The position numbers were made by a program, and so were the translations under genes. The notes beneath the pieces were generated by a model. The model saw only the letters and a list, made by a program, of their open reading frames with translations, did not search any database and had not been told where the DNA came from. From an uncultured Gemmatimonadaceae bacterium (GTDB lineage: Bacteria; Gemmatimonadota; Gemmatimonadetes; Gemmatimonadales; Gemmatimonadaceae), in NCBI GenBank assembly GCA_963829055.1, contig CAWHHI010000020.1, positions 984,695-1,048,694 on the forward strand: a DNA stretch of 64,000 bases, in the 5' to 3' direction. Within the stretch, counting starts at the first letter, position 1; every line of letters starts with the position of its first letter. Positions 50,839-60,834 of this stretch are shown here, one piece after another.

Positions 50839-51990
50839 TCAGATCGCGGATCGGAGCGCCTCTGTGAGCTCGTCGTCCGTCAGCACGATCGGATTCCCTT
50901 GCATGCTGCTCGCCTGGCGCGCCGCGGCGACCACGCGAGCGATGTCCTCGCTGGTCACTCCGTAGGTCGTTAGGCGCGGCACCGCGAGCTCCTCGACGAG
51001 CGCCTCGAGCCACGCGGCGGCATCCTCCGCTCTCGCGGCATGGTTTCCGGTGACAATGCGTGCCACCTCATCGTAGCGATCCAGTGCGGATGACGATGGT
51101 GCCCGCGCTCGCAGCGCCCGCACGTTCATCTCCGCAACCGATGGAAGGAGCCTCGCGCAGGCCACGCCATGGGGGATCGGAAACATCCCGCCTAACGGCG
51201 CCGCAAACCCGTGCACGGCGCCGAGCTTCGCGTTCGCGAGCGCCAGCCCGCCGCAGAGGCTCGCGACCGCCATGTCGCGCCGCGCGTCCACGTCTGCGGC
51301 GTCGCGGAACACGCGCCGGAGCGCTCCAGCCGCACGACGGATCCCTTCCCGGGCGACGGCGTCGGATAGCGGATTCGCGTTCGGTGACACGAACGGCTCG
51401 ATGCACTGCGTCAACGCATCGAGGCCGGTGCTCGCGGTGATCGCGGGCGGCAGCGAGTACGTGAGCTCAGGATCGATGAGCGCGACGGCCGGAAGCATCA
51501 GCGCGCTCCGCAGGCTCACCTTCACCCGCTCCTCTTCGGCCATCAGCACAGCATTGCGCGTGACTTCGGCGCCAGTGCCCGCCGTGGTCGGGATCGCGAT
51601 GAGTGGCGCCGAGCGGTTGGTGAGTGGGCGGCCTTTGCCGATGACTTCGAGGTAGTCGCGAAGTGGCGCGTCGTTTGTGATGAGCGCGGCGATCGCCTTG
51701 CCCGCGTCGATCACGCTGCCGCCACCTAACGCGATAACGACATCGCATCGCTCGCGTCTCGCGTGTGCCGTGCCCAGCTCCACCAGCGAGACCGTCGGTT
51801 CGGACGCGACGCGGAGTGTCGTCGTGGAAATTCGCTGCTCGCGAAGCGCAAGGACGAGCGGCTCGGCGCGGCCGCTCCGACCTTCCACGACGAGCGCGCG
51901 CGAGCCCATGCTGGCAGCGAGCCTTGCGGCGTCGCCGAGCTTTCCTTCGCCGAAGATGATGCGCGCCGGCGCGGTAAACTCGAAGCTCAT
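50839..51990 (-). CDS. Iron-containing alcohol dehydrogenase
   Basis: GGGSVIDAGK, IPTTAGTGAE, DALTQ, GAVHG and PHG motifs. Confidence 0.93.
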   Translation of the reverse strand: MSFEFTAPARIIFGEGKLGDAARLAASMGSRALVVEGRSGRAEPLVLALREQRISTTTLRVASEPTVSLVELGTAHARRERCDVVIALGGGSVIDAGKAIAALITNDAPLRDYLEVIGKGRPLTNRSAPLIAIPTTAGTGAEVTRNAVLMAEEERVKVSLRSALMLPAVALIDPELTYSLPPAITASTGLDALTQCIEPFVSPNANPLSDAVAREGIRRAAGALRRVFRDAADVDARRDMAVASLCGGLALANAKLGAVHGFAAPLGGMFPIPHGVACARLLPSVAEMNVRALRARAPSSSALDRYDEVARIVTGNHAARAEDAAAWLEALVEELAVPRLTTYGVTSEDIARVVAAARQASSMQGNPIVLTDDELTEALRSAI

Positions 51991-52000
51991 CACTCCAGGT

Positions 52001-52318
52001 TCATCGCGGAAGCTCCCACCCTGCTGGGTCAGGGAACAGCGCGTGGTATTTCACGCTGCGGCGGGGTTCGGCCATCATCGGCTCCACGGTGTCGCGCCAC
52101 GTGAGGTAATGCGCGGTCGCCTTGTGGAGCGCCGGGTCCTCGGGCGTGCGGTAGATCTCCATGAGGACGAATCGCGTCGGGTCGTCGTCCTGCTGCACGA
52201 CGTCGAAGCGAACGATGCCCGGTTCCTGGACGCTGTTGCGCGCGTTCTCGAGCGTGGCGGCCCGGAAGGCGTCGACGGCGCCGGGTTGTACGTGAACGAA
52301 GACGTGGACGATGATCAT
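52001..52318 (-). CDS. Antibiotic biosynthesis monooxygenase/LsrG-like protein
   Basis: [16 protein letters not shown] and [12 protein letters not shown] motifs. Confidence 0.88.
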   Translation of the reverse strand: MIIVHVFVHVQPGAVDAFRAATLENARNSVQEPGIVRFDVVQQDDDPTRFVLMEIYRTPEDPALHKATAHYLTWRDTVEPMMAEPRRSVKYHALFPDPAGWELPR

Positions 52319-52395
52319 GAGTGGGTGGGCGTGCTGGATGGAGAAACGTGCATTCGGGCGCGAGTGATGCGTAGTGGCTAGCTACGCCATTGGTG

Positions 52396-53922
52396 CTACC
52401 TGCGTTCGGACCGCCGCCGCTCTGCCTCCGCCAACCAGTCGCCCATCGTCGGATTGTTCGCGCCGTAGCGCGCCCAGCCCTCGGCCGTCGCATCCCAGCG
52501 GTAGTCGCGGATCGTCATGTCGATGCCGCGGTCGATCAGGAATTGCATAGCCTCGTAGTCGTCGCGGAAGACGAGCTCGTGGAGAATGCTCGACGGTTCG
52601 TGCGAGCTCCATCGCGTGTTGATGTCTGCGCCGTGCGCGAGGAGGTAGTCGGCGATGCCGTAGTGGTGGTTCAGCACGGCGTACGCGAGCGCCGTATCGA
52701 GAACGTCTTGCGCGGGATGTGCGTCATCGGCCAGCCACCGCTTCACCGCGTCGAAATCGCCGGCGCCGGCAGCGTTAGGCAGCTCGTCAGGCAGCGGCCA
52801 GATGCGCGTGAGCACCGGAACGAGGTGCGGCCTGACGTACGTCAGCGCGAACTCGAACACCTTGGATGGCGGTCGAGGGTTGCGCCGCATCAACGCGGGA
52901 TCCAGCTCCAGCAACTTGACGATGAACGCGCCTCGATCGCGCAGCGTCGCCCGTTCGATGATACCCACCTGGAATGCGACGTGCGACTCGCCGAGCAGCG
53001 CCGGCTCACGCGTGAGGAGCTCCGTGAACGTCGCGAGGTCGTCGTCGTGAATCGCGAGCATGACGCGGGACATGACAAACGACTGCCAGAGGCTCTCCGG
53101 CTTCGCGTTGGTGAATTCGAGCGGGTTGTTCTCGATGAAGTGCCTGACGAACGCCGCGCGTCCCTGCCAGCCATCGATCTGTTTGCCGAGCTCCGGGTCG
53201 AGCGCGACGCAGCGATCGAGCAGGAACGCGGCGACTACCTCGTGCTGGTATCGGCACGCGCGCACGAACGCCTCGCTCGTTAGGGCAAGGTCGTGTTCGC
53301 CGGCGTGTTCAGTGAACCACGCGCGAAGGCCTTCGAGATCGCCGAGTGCCGCGAGGAAACGGGGCGTGCGCGGTAGAAGGCCTTTGCTCTGGAACAGCTG
53401 CATCATGCCCCGCGCCCGCGACCGAATGAGGCTGTCGAGCACTGACGGATAGACCGTCGCGCCGGCGTCGATCAGGACCTCCGCGCATTCCCGCCGCGTG
53501 AAGCTTTTCTCTCGGGCGGGGTCATAGGCGTCACCGTACGCATCGACGGCAAATCCCAGCAGGCCGTCGGGCGTCCCGTGCCACGCGAGCAAGGTCGGAT
53601 GTTCGGCGAGCAGTTGCTTCAGCGTTGCGAGGTCGTTGTCGTGAATCGCGCGCTGGGCCTGCGTTGCCGCCCACTCGAGCCCATTGCCGATGCGCTTGTG
53701 CACTTCCGCAAGGAGATCGGCCCAACCGGCAAAGCCGAACTCGCGCGCGAGGACGAGTTGCGCATCACGGAGCGACAGCGGTGGCTCCGCGCCTGGCAAC
53801 TGCGCGCGCACGCGCGAGAGCGCCTCGCTATCGCCGGCGGCGACGTCGCGCGTGAGCTTCTTGGCCTGCTTGCGCAGGGACTCGAGGGATGGACGTGCGG
53901 GGAGGGACTTCGGCGTAGCCAT
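52396..53922 (-). CDS. Ankyrin-repeat-like protein with LPARPSLE..KQAK N-terminal domain
   Basis: LPARPSLESLRKQAKKL...AQLVLAREFGFAGW N-domain; C-terminal ankyrin-like ALAYAV...LLAHGADIN and LIDRGIDM. Confidence 0.75.
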   Translation of the reverse strand: MATPKSLPARPSLESLRKQAKKLTRDVAAGDSEALSRVRAQLPGAEPPLSLRDAQLVLAREFGFAGWADLLAEVHKRIGNGLEWAATQAQRAIHDNDLATLKQLLAEHPTLLAWHGTPDGLLGFAVDAYGDAYDPAREKSFTRRECAEVLIDAGATVYPSVLDSLIRSRARGMMQLFQSKGLLPRTPRFLAALGDLEGLRAWFTEHAGEHDLALTSEAFVRACRYQHEVVAAFLLDRCVALDPELGKQIDGWQGRAAFVRHFIENNPLEFTNAKPESLWQSFVMSRVMLAIHDDDLATFTELLTREPALLGESHVAFQVGIIERATLRDRGAFIVKLLELDPALMRRNPRPPSKVFEFALTYVRPHLVPVLTRIWPLPDELPNAAGAGDFDAVKRWLADDAHPAQDVLDTALAYAVLNHHYGIADYLLAHGADINTRWSSHEPSSILHELVFRDDYEAMQFLIDRGIDMTIRDYRWDATAEGWARYGANNPTMGDWLAEAERRRSERR

Positions 53923-54089
53923 GGCGACCTCCTTTCATGAATCGCCTGTGACCCGCTGAACCAGGCTGAAAGAAGGTGCAGAGCACGTTCTTCAGGTCGA
54001 GACAGGTGGGAGTATTCCCTTGCCGCGGGCAGGAGGCGCCCTGGTAGCGCACTGACCACAATCCTCGCGCGCATCCGTCCCGCTGTCAA
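53923..54089 (-). promoter_or_regulatory. Sigma70-like promoter and about 130-nt structured 5' leader
   Basis: TTGACA (54084-54089), 17 nt, GAGGAT (54061-54066); anti-SD ACCTTCTTTCA complementary to TGAAAGGAGGT. Confidence 0.6.
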
Positions 54090-54231
54090 CGCGTCACGGG
54101 CGACGCGAACGACGCGACTGCATTGATCGGCCCCGCGTCAGCCGAACGCAGCGGCATGAGCGACTCGGCACTGATTCGATGCGACCACCAAGCTCGGTAC
54201 GTGCCACACTATCGCGAACCCTCCGGTCGCG

Positions 54232-54255
54232 ATAACCCAACTGATAGGTTATAAT
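54232..54255 (+). promoter_or_regulatory. -10 box overlapped by an inverted repeat, upstream of the TA-like pair
   Basis: ATAACC-N9-GGTTAT overlapping TATAAT at 54250-54255; GTG start at 54260. Confidence 0.55.
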
Positions 54256-54259
54256 TCCA

Positions 54260-54509
54260 GTGCCAACCGTCTTGAGGGACGGCGGGTTCCACGTGCGTAT
54301 CCTTCTCCCGCCCCGAGAGCACGGCCCGCCGCACGTTCACGTTCGCAAGGCTCGAGCTGTCGTCGTGATCGATCTGCCGCACGAGGGGAAGGCGGTCGGT
54401 ATTCGCAGGATCCGGAGGATGCGGGATACCGATGTGCTGGCGGCGTTTCGCCTGGTCGAGGCGAACGTCGCAGTTGTTGCTCGAACAATGGAGGAAGTAT
54501 CATGGCTAG
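54260..54509 (+). CDS. DUF4160 family protein (HicA-like putative toxin; frameshift near 54472)
   Basis: MPTVLR...EHGPPHVHV; the expected LLEQWRKYHG* end lies in the adjacent frame. Confidence 0.8.
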
Positions 54510-54949
54510 CCGCCGACTCAGCGACGCCGAAATCCTGGCACAGGTACCCGCCGCGCGCGTCCGCGAGCGACGCGAACGTAAACAGGGGCTTCGCGCTTCC
54601 GCCGCACGATACGACCGCGCTGCAGGACGCGTCGTACTCGAGCTGACAAACGGCTACTCCTTTGCGTTTCCGGTCGCGGCGATTCCGGCGCTACAATCCG
54701 CCTCGCCGTCGACGCTCGCGACGGTCGAGATCGACCCGTCCGGCGGCGCGCTCCGATGGGATAGTCTCGACGTCGATCTGAGCGTGCCGGGCCTTCTTCT
54801 TGGCGCGGTTGGAGTGGACGAACGGCTTCGCACATTTCGCAGGCCTGGCTGGGAGCGTCAGATCGGACGCCAAAGCGAGCGCCGCGCGCGCCAACGGCAG
54901 CAAGGGCGGCCGGCCCAGAAAGAAGGTGTCAGCCGCTCGGTCTCGCTGA
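54502..54949 (+). CDS. DUF2442 family protein (putative antitoxin; frameshift near 54835)
   Basis: VVLELTNG...LRWDSLDVDLSVPGLL; AKASAARANGSKGGRPRK tail in the adjacent frame. Confidence 0.8.
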
Positions 54950-54958
54950 GTGAGCTGC

Positions 54959-55609
54959 CTAACGCCCTGAAGCCTTGGGCCGGCGGACGACCCTCACCTT
55001 CGCGCTCTTCCCTCCTCCGCAGAAGAACCGATCGCCGCCATCGGACTCGAGCCCCGACACGCCCACGCCACGGCGGCATGTCGAGCCGCTCGAGAACCTC
55101 TCCCGTTCGAGGGTCGAGCCGCCTAACGTCGCTCTCGCTCGCCTTCCCAGGTGCCGTGCCAGAGCTCCCCGTCGACCCACGTGACGCCCGTGACGAAGCG
55201 ATTGGACTCGATGGTCCGAAGAATCGCGCCGGTTTCGGGATCGATCTGATGGATCTTCCGCGCCGCGATACTGGCCCACCCAGAGCGACCCTTCGGCCCA
55301 CGCGAGCCCCGAGTCACCGCCGCCGCCCGGCGCGGGGATGGTGAGCCAGCACGCGGCCGGTCTTCGGATCGATCTTCTGGATGCGATCCTCGGCGATCTG
55401 ATAGAGGTGCTGGCCATCGAAGGCGGTTCCCGCGTGCGCGGCGACGTCGATCGAGCGCGTCCGTCTCCCCACTCTCCGGATCGAAGGCGGTCAGCTTGTC
55501 GCCAGCACGCAAACCAGACGTTCTGACCGTCGTAGGTGACTCCCCCACGTTCGTCGACACCCGGAAACGGGCCGTACTCGCGGATGATCTCGGCATTGGA
55601 TCGACGCAT
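54959..55609 (-). CDS. Glutamine cyclotransferase-like beta-propeller (frameshifted)
   Basis: AEIIREYGPFPG, PAPGGGGDSGLAWAEGSLWVGQY, IESNRFVTGVTWVDGELWHGTWE and FFCGGG segments across frames. Confidence 0.75.
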   Translation of the reverse strand: MRRSNAEIIREYGPFPGVDERGGVTYDGQNVWFACWRQADRLRSGEWGDGRARSTSPRTREPPSMASTSIRSPRIASRRSIRRPAACWLTIPAPGGGGDSGLAWAEGSLWVGQYRGAEDPSDRSRNRRDSSDHRVQSLRHGRHVGRRGALARHLGRRARATLGGSTLERERFSSGSTCRRGVGVSGLESDGGDRFFCGGGKSAKVRVVRRPKASGR

Positions 55610-55618
55610 GCCTTCAGC

Positions 55619-56840
55619 TTAGTCGATCGGCAGAGGAGCGGGGAGTAACAATGTCGTCGTGAATCCCGGCACGGGCGGGGTCATCCACCGACGCGCCCTC
55701 GCTCGGCCAAACGCCTGCACCTTGCCCGCCGCAGCGAGCGAGTCGAGCGCCCGCTGTACGGTGCGCTGGCTCGCTCCCAGCGCGAGTGCAAGCGCGGAAC
55801 TCGACCACGATTCGCCGTCGCCGAGGAACGCGAGGACGTCCGCATGCTCCTCGTCTACGGGCCGCGCCAGCACGACGACCTCGGGTACGCGCCGAGGCGC
55901 GAGCGCAAACCCGCGCTTCGTCGCGCTCACGTCGGCGAGCGGCTTGAGCTTGCCGACGAAGGCGCCCGACCTCGACTCGCAACCGCGCGCGATGCGATTC
56001 ATCGGTGAACGTCGAGCCGAATGCGCGCGCGATGAGCGTGTCCCTCGGTGCGTCCCCCGGCCACGCCTCGCCTAACGCGCGCGCGAGCGCGAACAGCACC
56101 GGGCGCCCCGCGAGCGAGACCACCGTCCGTGCATCGCGCACGACGTGACGGGTCGCGTCCACGATGACCGCGTGCGACGCCAGCACCGCCTCGACGTCGT
56201 CGAGCAGGAGGAGTCGCTCTTCGCCGTTCGCGATCTGGCGCGCGGCGGGCGTGCTCAGGACGCGGAACGCGGTTCCGACCTCCGCCATCAACGAAGGGAT
56301 ACCCGCGTCGCGCGCCGCACGCTCGGCCCTAACGAGCGCGGCGTGCGCTGCCTTCGCTCGAACGCGCCGAACCGCGATTCCCGCGACTACCAGCTCGTGA
56401 GTGGTCCGCAACGCAGGAGGGAGCGCCGCCGGTTCGAGCTCACCGAGCGCAGCCTCGGCCTCGTCCAGGTGACCGATCAGTAGGAGGCGCCGGATTTCGA
56501 GATACCGCGCGTGCGCGGCGTTGACGCGGTCGCCGTGCGCTTCGAGCGTCGCGCGCGCCGAGTGGAGCGCTTTCTCCGGCCAGCTCAGGTCGCGCGAGAC
56601 GAGCGCGATCTCGGCCTCGGCGACCACGCACCGCGCGCGCGCCACGGACTCTCTCGGACCGAAGGCGCGCGCAGCGCTTCGTAGCAGCGCCTTCGCTCGA
56701 ACGAGATCGCCGAGCTGCGCCATCGCGACCCCTCGAAGTGCGAGCGCGGGCGCGTCGTCGCGCAGCGCGACGCGCTTCAGTGCACCGATGGGATCGCCGG
56801 CTGCGAGTGCGCGCGCCGCGGCGGTGATCAACGAGTCCAT
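55619..56840 (-). CDS. Helix-turn-helix transcriptional regulator with helical N-terminal region (frameshift near 55960)
   Basis: MDSLITAAARALAAGDP start; RARLRVEVGRLR; C-terminal SSSALALALGASQRTVQRAL HTH. Confidence 0.8.
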
Positions 56841-56973
56841 CACGCCAGAGAGAATCCCGTCACACTTGTAACTCTCACTCGTTCGCTGTCCGGTGCTAAG
56901 TCTATCTCGTCACCGGCAAACAGAAGCAACCAATCATCAACTCGCAGCAACTCGAGTGAAGGAGACGAGAACA

Positions 56974-57749
56974 ATGACGACGACGATGACGAAGCACGCG
57001 ATCGGAACGCGCGAAGAGTGGCTCGCCGCGCGACTCGATCTGCTCCAGGCGGAGAAGGAGCTGACGCGGCAGAGCGACGAGCTGGCGCAGCGACGGCAGG
57101 AGCTGCCGTGGGTTCGGGTCGACAAGGAGTACCGGTTCGACACCGATGAGGGTAGCGCCTCGCTCGCGGATCTCTTCCGAGGGCGCTCGCAGCTCCTCGT
57201 CTACCATTTCATGTTCGGGCCCGACTACGCCGCGGGATGTCCGTCCTGCTCGAGCATCGCGGACGGGTTCAACGGAATCGCCGTTCACCTGGCCAACCAC
57301 GACGTGATGCTGTCGGCGGTGTCGCGCGCGCCGCTCCCGAAGCTCGTGGCGTTCAAGCAGCGGATGGGATGGGACGTTCCCGTGGGCGTCCGCGCACGAC
57401 ACCGACTTCAACGCTGACTTCAACATCTGGTTCACCGAGAAGCAGCAGCGCGACGGGGGAATCGAATACAACTATCGCCGCGAGGGACAGTGGCAGTTAC
57501 GCGGCAGTGACAGGCCCGTCGCCGAGATCGCGGCGCAGATCGGGAACCGACGCGGCGACGTACACACGCGAGCGACCGGGCGTGAGCGCGTTCGCGTTGG
57601 AGGACGGCGTGGTCTACCACACCTACTCCGCGTATGCGCGCGGCCTGGACAGCCTCTGGGGCATGTACCAGTGGCTCGACCGCGCACCGAAGGGGCGCAA
57701 CGAGCAGGGCGTCTGGTGGAAGCATCACGACCGGTACGACCAACGCTAG
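56974..57749 (+). CDS. DUF899 thioredoxin-like protein (frameshifted)
   Basis: REEWLAARL, QLLVYHFMFGP, GCPSCS and YQWLDRAPKGRNE motifs. Confidence 0.88.
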
Positions 57750-57766
57750 CAGGCCTAGAGCGACTC

Positions 57767-58546
57767 GTGGATTCCCGGCGAGCATTTCTCGGCGTCTCGA
57801 CGATCGTCTTCGCTGCCAGCGCGGCGATGACGATCGTCTGGTGCGCGTCCATGTCGGCGATGGGCGAGATGCAAATGCCCGGCGGCTGGACGATGTCGAT
57901 GATGTGGATGCGGATGCCCGGACAGACGTGGTTGGGCGCCGCGGCGTCGTTCGTGGGCATGTGGGTCGTGATGATGGTGACGATGATGTTGCCATCGTTG
58001 GTGCCGACGCTGTGGCGCTATCGCGAGGCGGCTGGCGAAGCGGGCGGCGCGCACGTCGACTGGCTCACGGCGCTCGTCGCCATGGGGTACTTCGCGGTCT
58101 GGGCGGTGCTCGGCGTGATCGTATTCCCGTTAGGCGTCACGCTGGCCGCGATCGCGCTGCGGGAGCCGGCCGTAGCGCGTGCCGTACCGATCGGTCTCGG
58201 TGTGGCCGTGCTCCTCGCCGCTGCCGTGCAATACACCGGATGGAAGGCGCGGCATCTGGCGTTCTGCCGCGAGACGCCGGGTCACGGCCTAACGTCATCG
58301 GCCGACGCGGGCACCGCGTGGCGACATGGAGTGTGTCTCGGTCTCCACTGCAGCCAGGCGTGCGCCGGCCTAACGGCGGTACTCTTGACGCTCGGGGTCA
58401 TGGACCTTCGCGTGATGGCGGCGGTGACGGCAGCCATTACCGCCGAGCGTCTCGTGCCGAACAGCGGACGCGTCGCGCGCGCGATCGGTGTCGTGGTCGT
58501 TGCGTTAGGCTTGTTGATGATCGCGCGGGCAGCCCGGCTCGGCTGA
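57767..58546 (+). CDS. DUF2182 predicted metal-binding integral membrane protein
   Basis: Met-rich MPGGWTMSMMWMRMPG, MWVVMMVTMMLPS and GLHC...GVMDL motifs; start tentative. Confidence 0.85.
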   Translation: MDSRRAFLGVSTIVFAASAAMTIVWCASMSAMGEMQMPGGWTMSMMWMRMPGQTWLGAAASFVGMWVVMMVTMMLPSLVPTLWRYREAAGEAGGAHVDWLTALVAMGYFAVWAVLGVIVFPLGVTLAAIALREPAVARAVPIGLGVAVLLAAAVQYTGWKARHLAFCRETPGHGLTSSADAGTAWRHGVCLGLHCSQACAGLTAVLLTLGVMDLRVMAAVTAAITAERLVPNSGRVARAIGVVVVALGLLMIARAARLG

Positions 58547-58575
58547 GACACGTTCGTCGGGTGCTTACCAGGTGC

Positions 58576-59131
58576 TTACCAGAGGTCCGCGAGGGAGCAG
58601 GAGAATCCCGGCAGCACGTCCTCTCCATCGAGCGCATCCTGATTCGCGAGCAGATCGACGGACCCGTCGTCGCGATAGATGACTGCCCGTTTGCGACGCA
58701 GGGTCGATGACCCACACGAGGCGCGAGCCGGCCGTGAGCCAGTCGCTCACCTTGGCTTGCACCTCTCCGGCGCGGTCGCTGGGCGATACAACCTCGACGA
58801 CGAGATCGGGGGCGAGCGCCGGATACCCGTCCAATGCTGGTTCGGGAGCGCGACCCTGTCTTATGAAGGCCGCGTCCGGAGCACGAACCGTGTCAGGATT
58901 GGAAAAGAGCTTGAATCCGGTCTCGGCGGCAACGACGGTTCCCAGGCCGTGATCGTGCACATGATTCGCGATGAGACGCGCGACCTTCAACGCGACGACG
59001 CCGTGCTGATATCCGGGCGGCTCGCGTACGATGAGTGTTCCGCGCACGAGCTCCGTTTGCTTGTCGGGCTCCGTGAGGTAGAGGAGCTCCTCCGCGGTGA
59101 GCAGGCTGGGCATGGTCGGCGGCTCGGACAT
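58576..59131 (-). CDS. Uma2 family endonuclease (frameshift near 58695)
   Basis: ELVRG, VRAPDAAF, APDLVVEVVSPSD and LVWVIDP motifs; GEDVLPGF tail in the adjacent frame. Confidence 0.88.
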
Positions 59132-59268
59132 GTGTGTGAATCTAGAATCGCGTTCGCTCAATGCCGAGCACGATTTAGGACTGGGGGTGCCAAGGAGGGG
59201 CACTGTTATCGTTGTTGGCCCCCCGCTCACCGCGACTCCCTGCAGTGTCGGTGACTCCGGGTTTGATG

Positions 59269-59511
59269 CTACGCCGCATCATGTGAGATGGCTCGTCGCG
59301 CGCCGCGCCGCTTCGCGGCATAGGGCAGCACGAACATGTACAGACCGGTGAGCGCCAGCAACGCGAGTGGGGGCAGCGGCGAGTAGGTCACCCAGGGCGG
59401 GGGCGGTGCTCCCCCGCCCTGCGCGAGCGCGATGAAGTTGGCGACGACGGTCACCGTGAACGCGATCGACACCCAGCGGTGGATCTGCCGAACCCACGCA
59501 TTCCAGTTCAC
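59269..59511 (-). CDS. Small two-helix membrane protein
   Basis: RQIHRWVSIAFT...LTGLYMFVLPY; GTGA overlap with upstream VOC gene. Confidence 0.75.
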   Translation of the reverse strand: MNWNAWVRQIHRWVSIAFTVTVVANFIALAQGGGAPPPPWVTYSPLPPLALLALTGLYMFVLPYAAKRRGARRAISHDAA

Positions 59512-59936
59512 TCGGCACCCCCGGCTCGGCGGCGCGCCTGGATCATCTTCCAGCCATTCCCGGACGGATCACGGAAGCCGGCGTCCACGGTGCCGAAGCG
59601 GTCCACGGGCTCCTGCGTGAACTCCACTCCGTGGGCATTCATTTTCGCGTAGGCCGCGCGGCAGTCGTCCACGGTCAGCACGAGCGGCGGCATCGCTCCC
59701 TTCGCGACGAGCGCGCGTAACGTCTCCGCCGTCGCGCTGTCGAGCATCGGCGCACCCGGGTAGAACAAGCCGAGCTGAAACGACGGCTGATCCGGATGCT
59801 GTACCGTGAGCCAGCGATAGTCACCGTTCTTGACGTCCGTGTGGACACGGAACCCGAGCTTCCCGACGTAGAACGCGAGCGCCTCGTCCTGATCTCGCAC
59901 GTAGAGCCCGACCACTTCGACACCCTGCATTGTCAA
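59508..59936 (-). CDS. VOC/glyoxalase family protein
   Basis: VRDQDEALAFY, YRWLTV and FRDPSGN motifs. Confidence 0.92.
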   Translation of the reverse strand: MTMQGVEVVGLYVRDQDEALAFYVGKLGFRVHTDVKNGDYRWLTVQHPDQPSFQLGLFYPGAPMLDSATAETLRALVAKGAMPPLVLTVDDCRAAYAKMNAHGVEFTQEPVDRFGTVDAGFRDPSGNGWKMIQARRRAGGAE

Positions 59937-60439
59937 ACCTCCGTTTCGGTCGTTTCGGTCGTTTCGTTGGCCGGGATTTTAGGGCCCGCGACTCGGCGCC
60001 GCTTCTCCGAAACTGCGATTGTGAGGTCTGGTCGGTGGGCCGCGCTCAGGAAGCACGGGGGAACGCTGCCGAGCCCATTCGCGGCGGCCCGCTCGCGAGA
60101 TCGGATCGCACCGGGATTCTCGCCGGTGATGTCCCGGAACGTCCGCCCGAACGTGCCGAGGCTCGCCCATCCGGTCTCGAAGGCGATCTCGGTGATGGAG
60201 AGGTCGGTGTCGCGGAGCAGCGTCTTTGCCCGTTCGACGCGTCGCGTGAGCAGGTACCGATGCGGTGGGACGCCGAAGGCCTGCTTGAACGATCGGGCGA
60301 AGTGGGCCTCGGACACCCCGCTCACGCGGGCGAGCCGCCGGACTGGCCACTGCTCGTGCGAGGCGGCGTCCATCCGGTCCTTGGCGCGCAGCAGGCGGCG
60401 CAGCAGCTCGGGATCTTGCTTGGTGTGACTCGCGCTCAC
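59933..60439 (-). CDS. AraC family transcriptional regulator
   Basis: LARVSGVSEAHFARSFK, ITEIAFETGWASLGTFGRTF double HTH. Confidence 0.92.
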   Translation of the reverse strand: MSASHTKQDPELLRRLLRAKDRMDAASHEQWPVRRLARVSGVSEAHFARSFKQAFGVPPHRYLLTRRVERAKTLLRDTDLSITEIAFETGWASLGTFGRTFRDITGENPGAIRSRERAAANGLGSVPPCFLSAAHRPDLTIAVSEKRRRVAGPKIPANETTETTETEV

Positions 60440-60834
60440 AACGCGTCGGGATGTCCGGGAATGCGGGAACAACGAGCCGCTCGACGGCAGCCTAACGCTC
60501 CTGGCGAAATGGCGGCGTGGCGGTTGCTTACGGACTCACGGATGGCGAACGAAGCCACCCGCGTGAACGAGGGGAAGTTCGCCTCTGGTCACCCGAAAGC
60601 CAAGCAGCGGTAGCGGAGGTTGTCACCCCGCAAACTCGCTCGATCCACACGTGTGGATCTGTCCCGGGTACGGACGTTGGCGTACCTTCTCCCACCCGCC
60701 GCCACATCGTCACGGACCTCCCGACAGTCCAGCCATGTGGCTGCTCAATCGCCGCGATTGTCGGTTTGCCGCGCCTTCTACTTGATGGGCGTTTTCGCTG
60801 GGTCTTCTCGGCTGGCGATCACGTTGCTCCCTGC

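Noticed and set aside
59941..59970. GTTTCGGTC short tandem repeat
   Set aside because: Encodes a low-complexity ETTETTETE tail of the AraC protein; no independent significance evident
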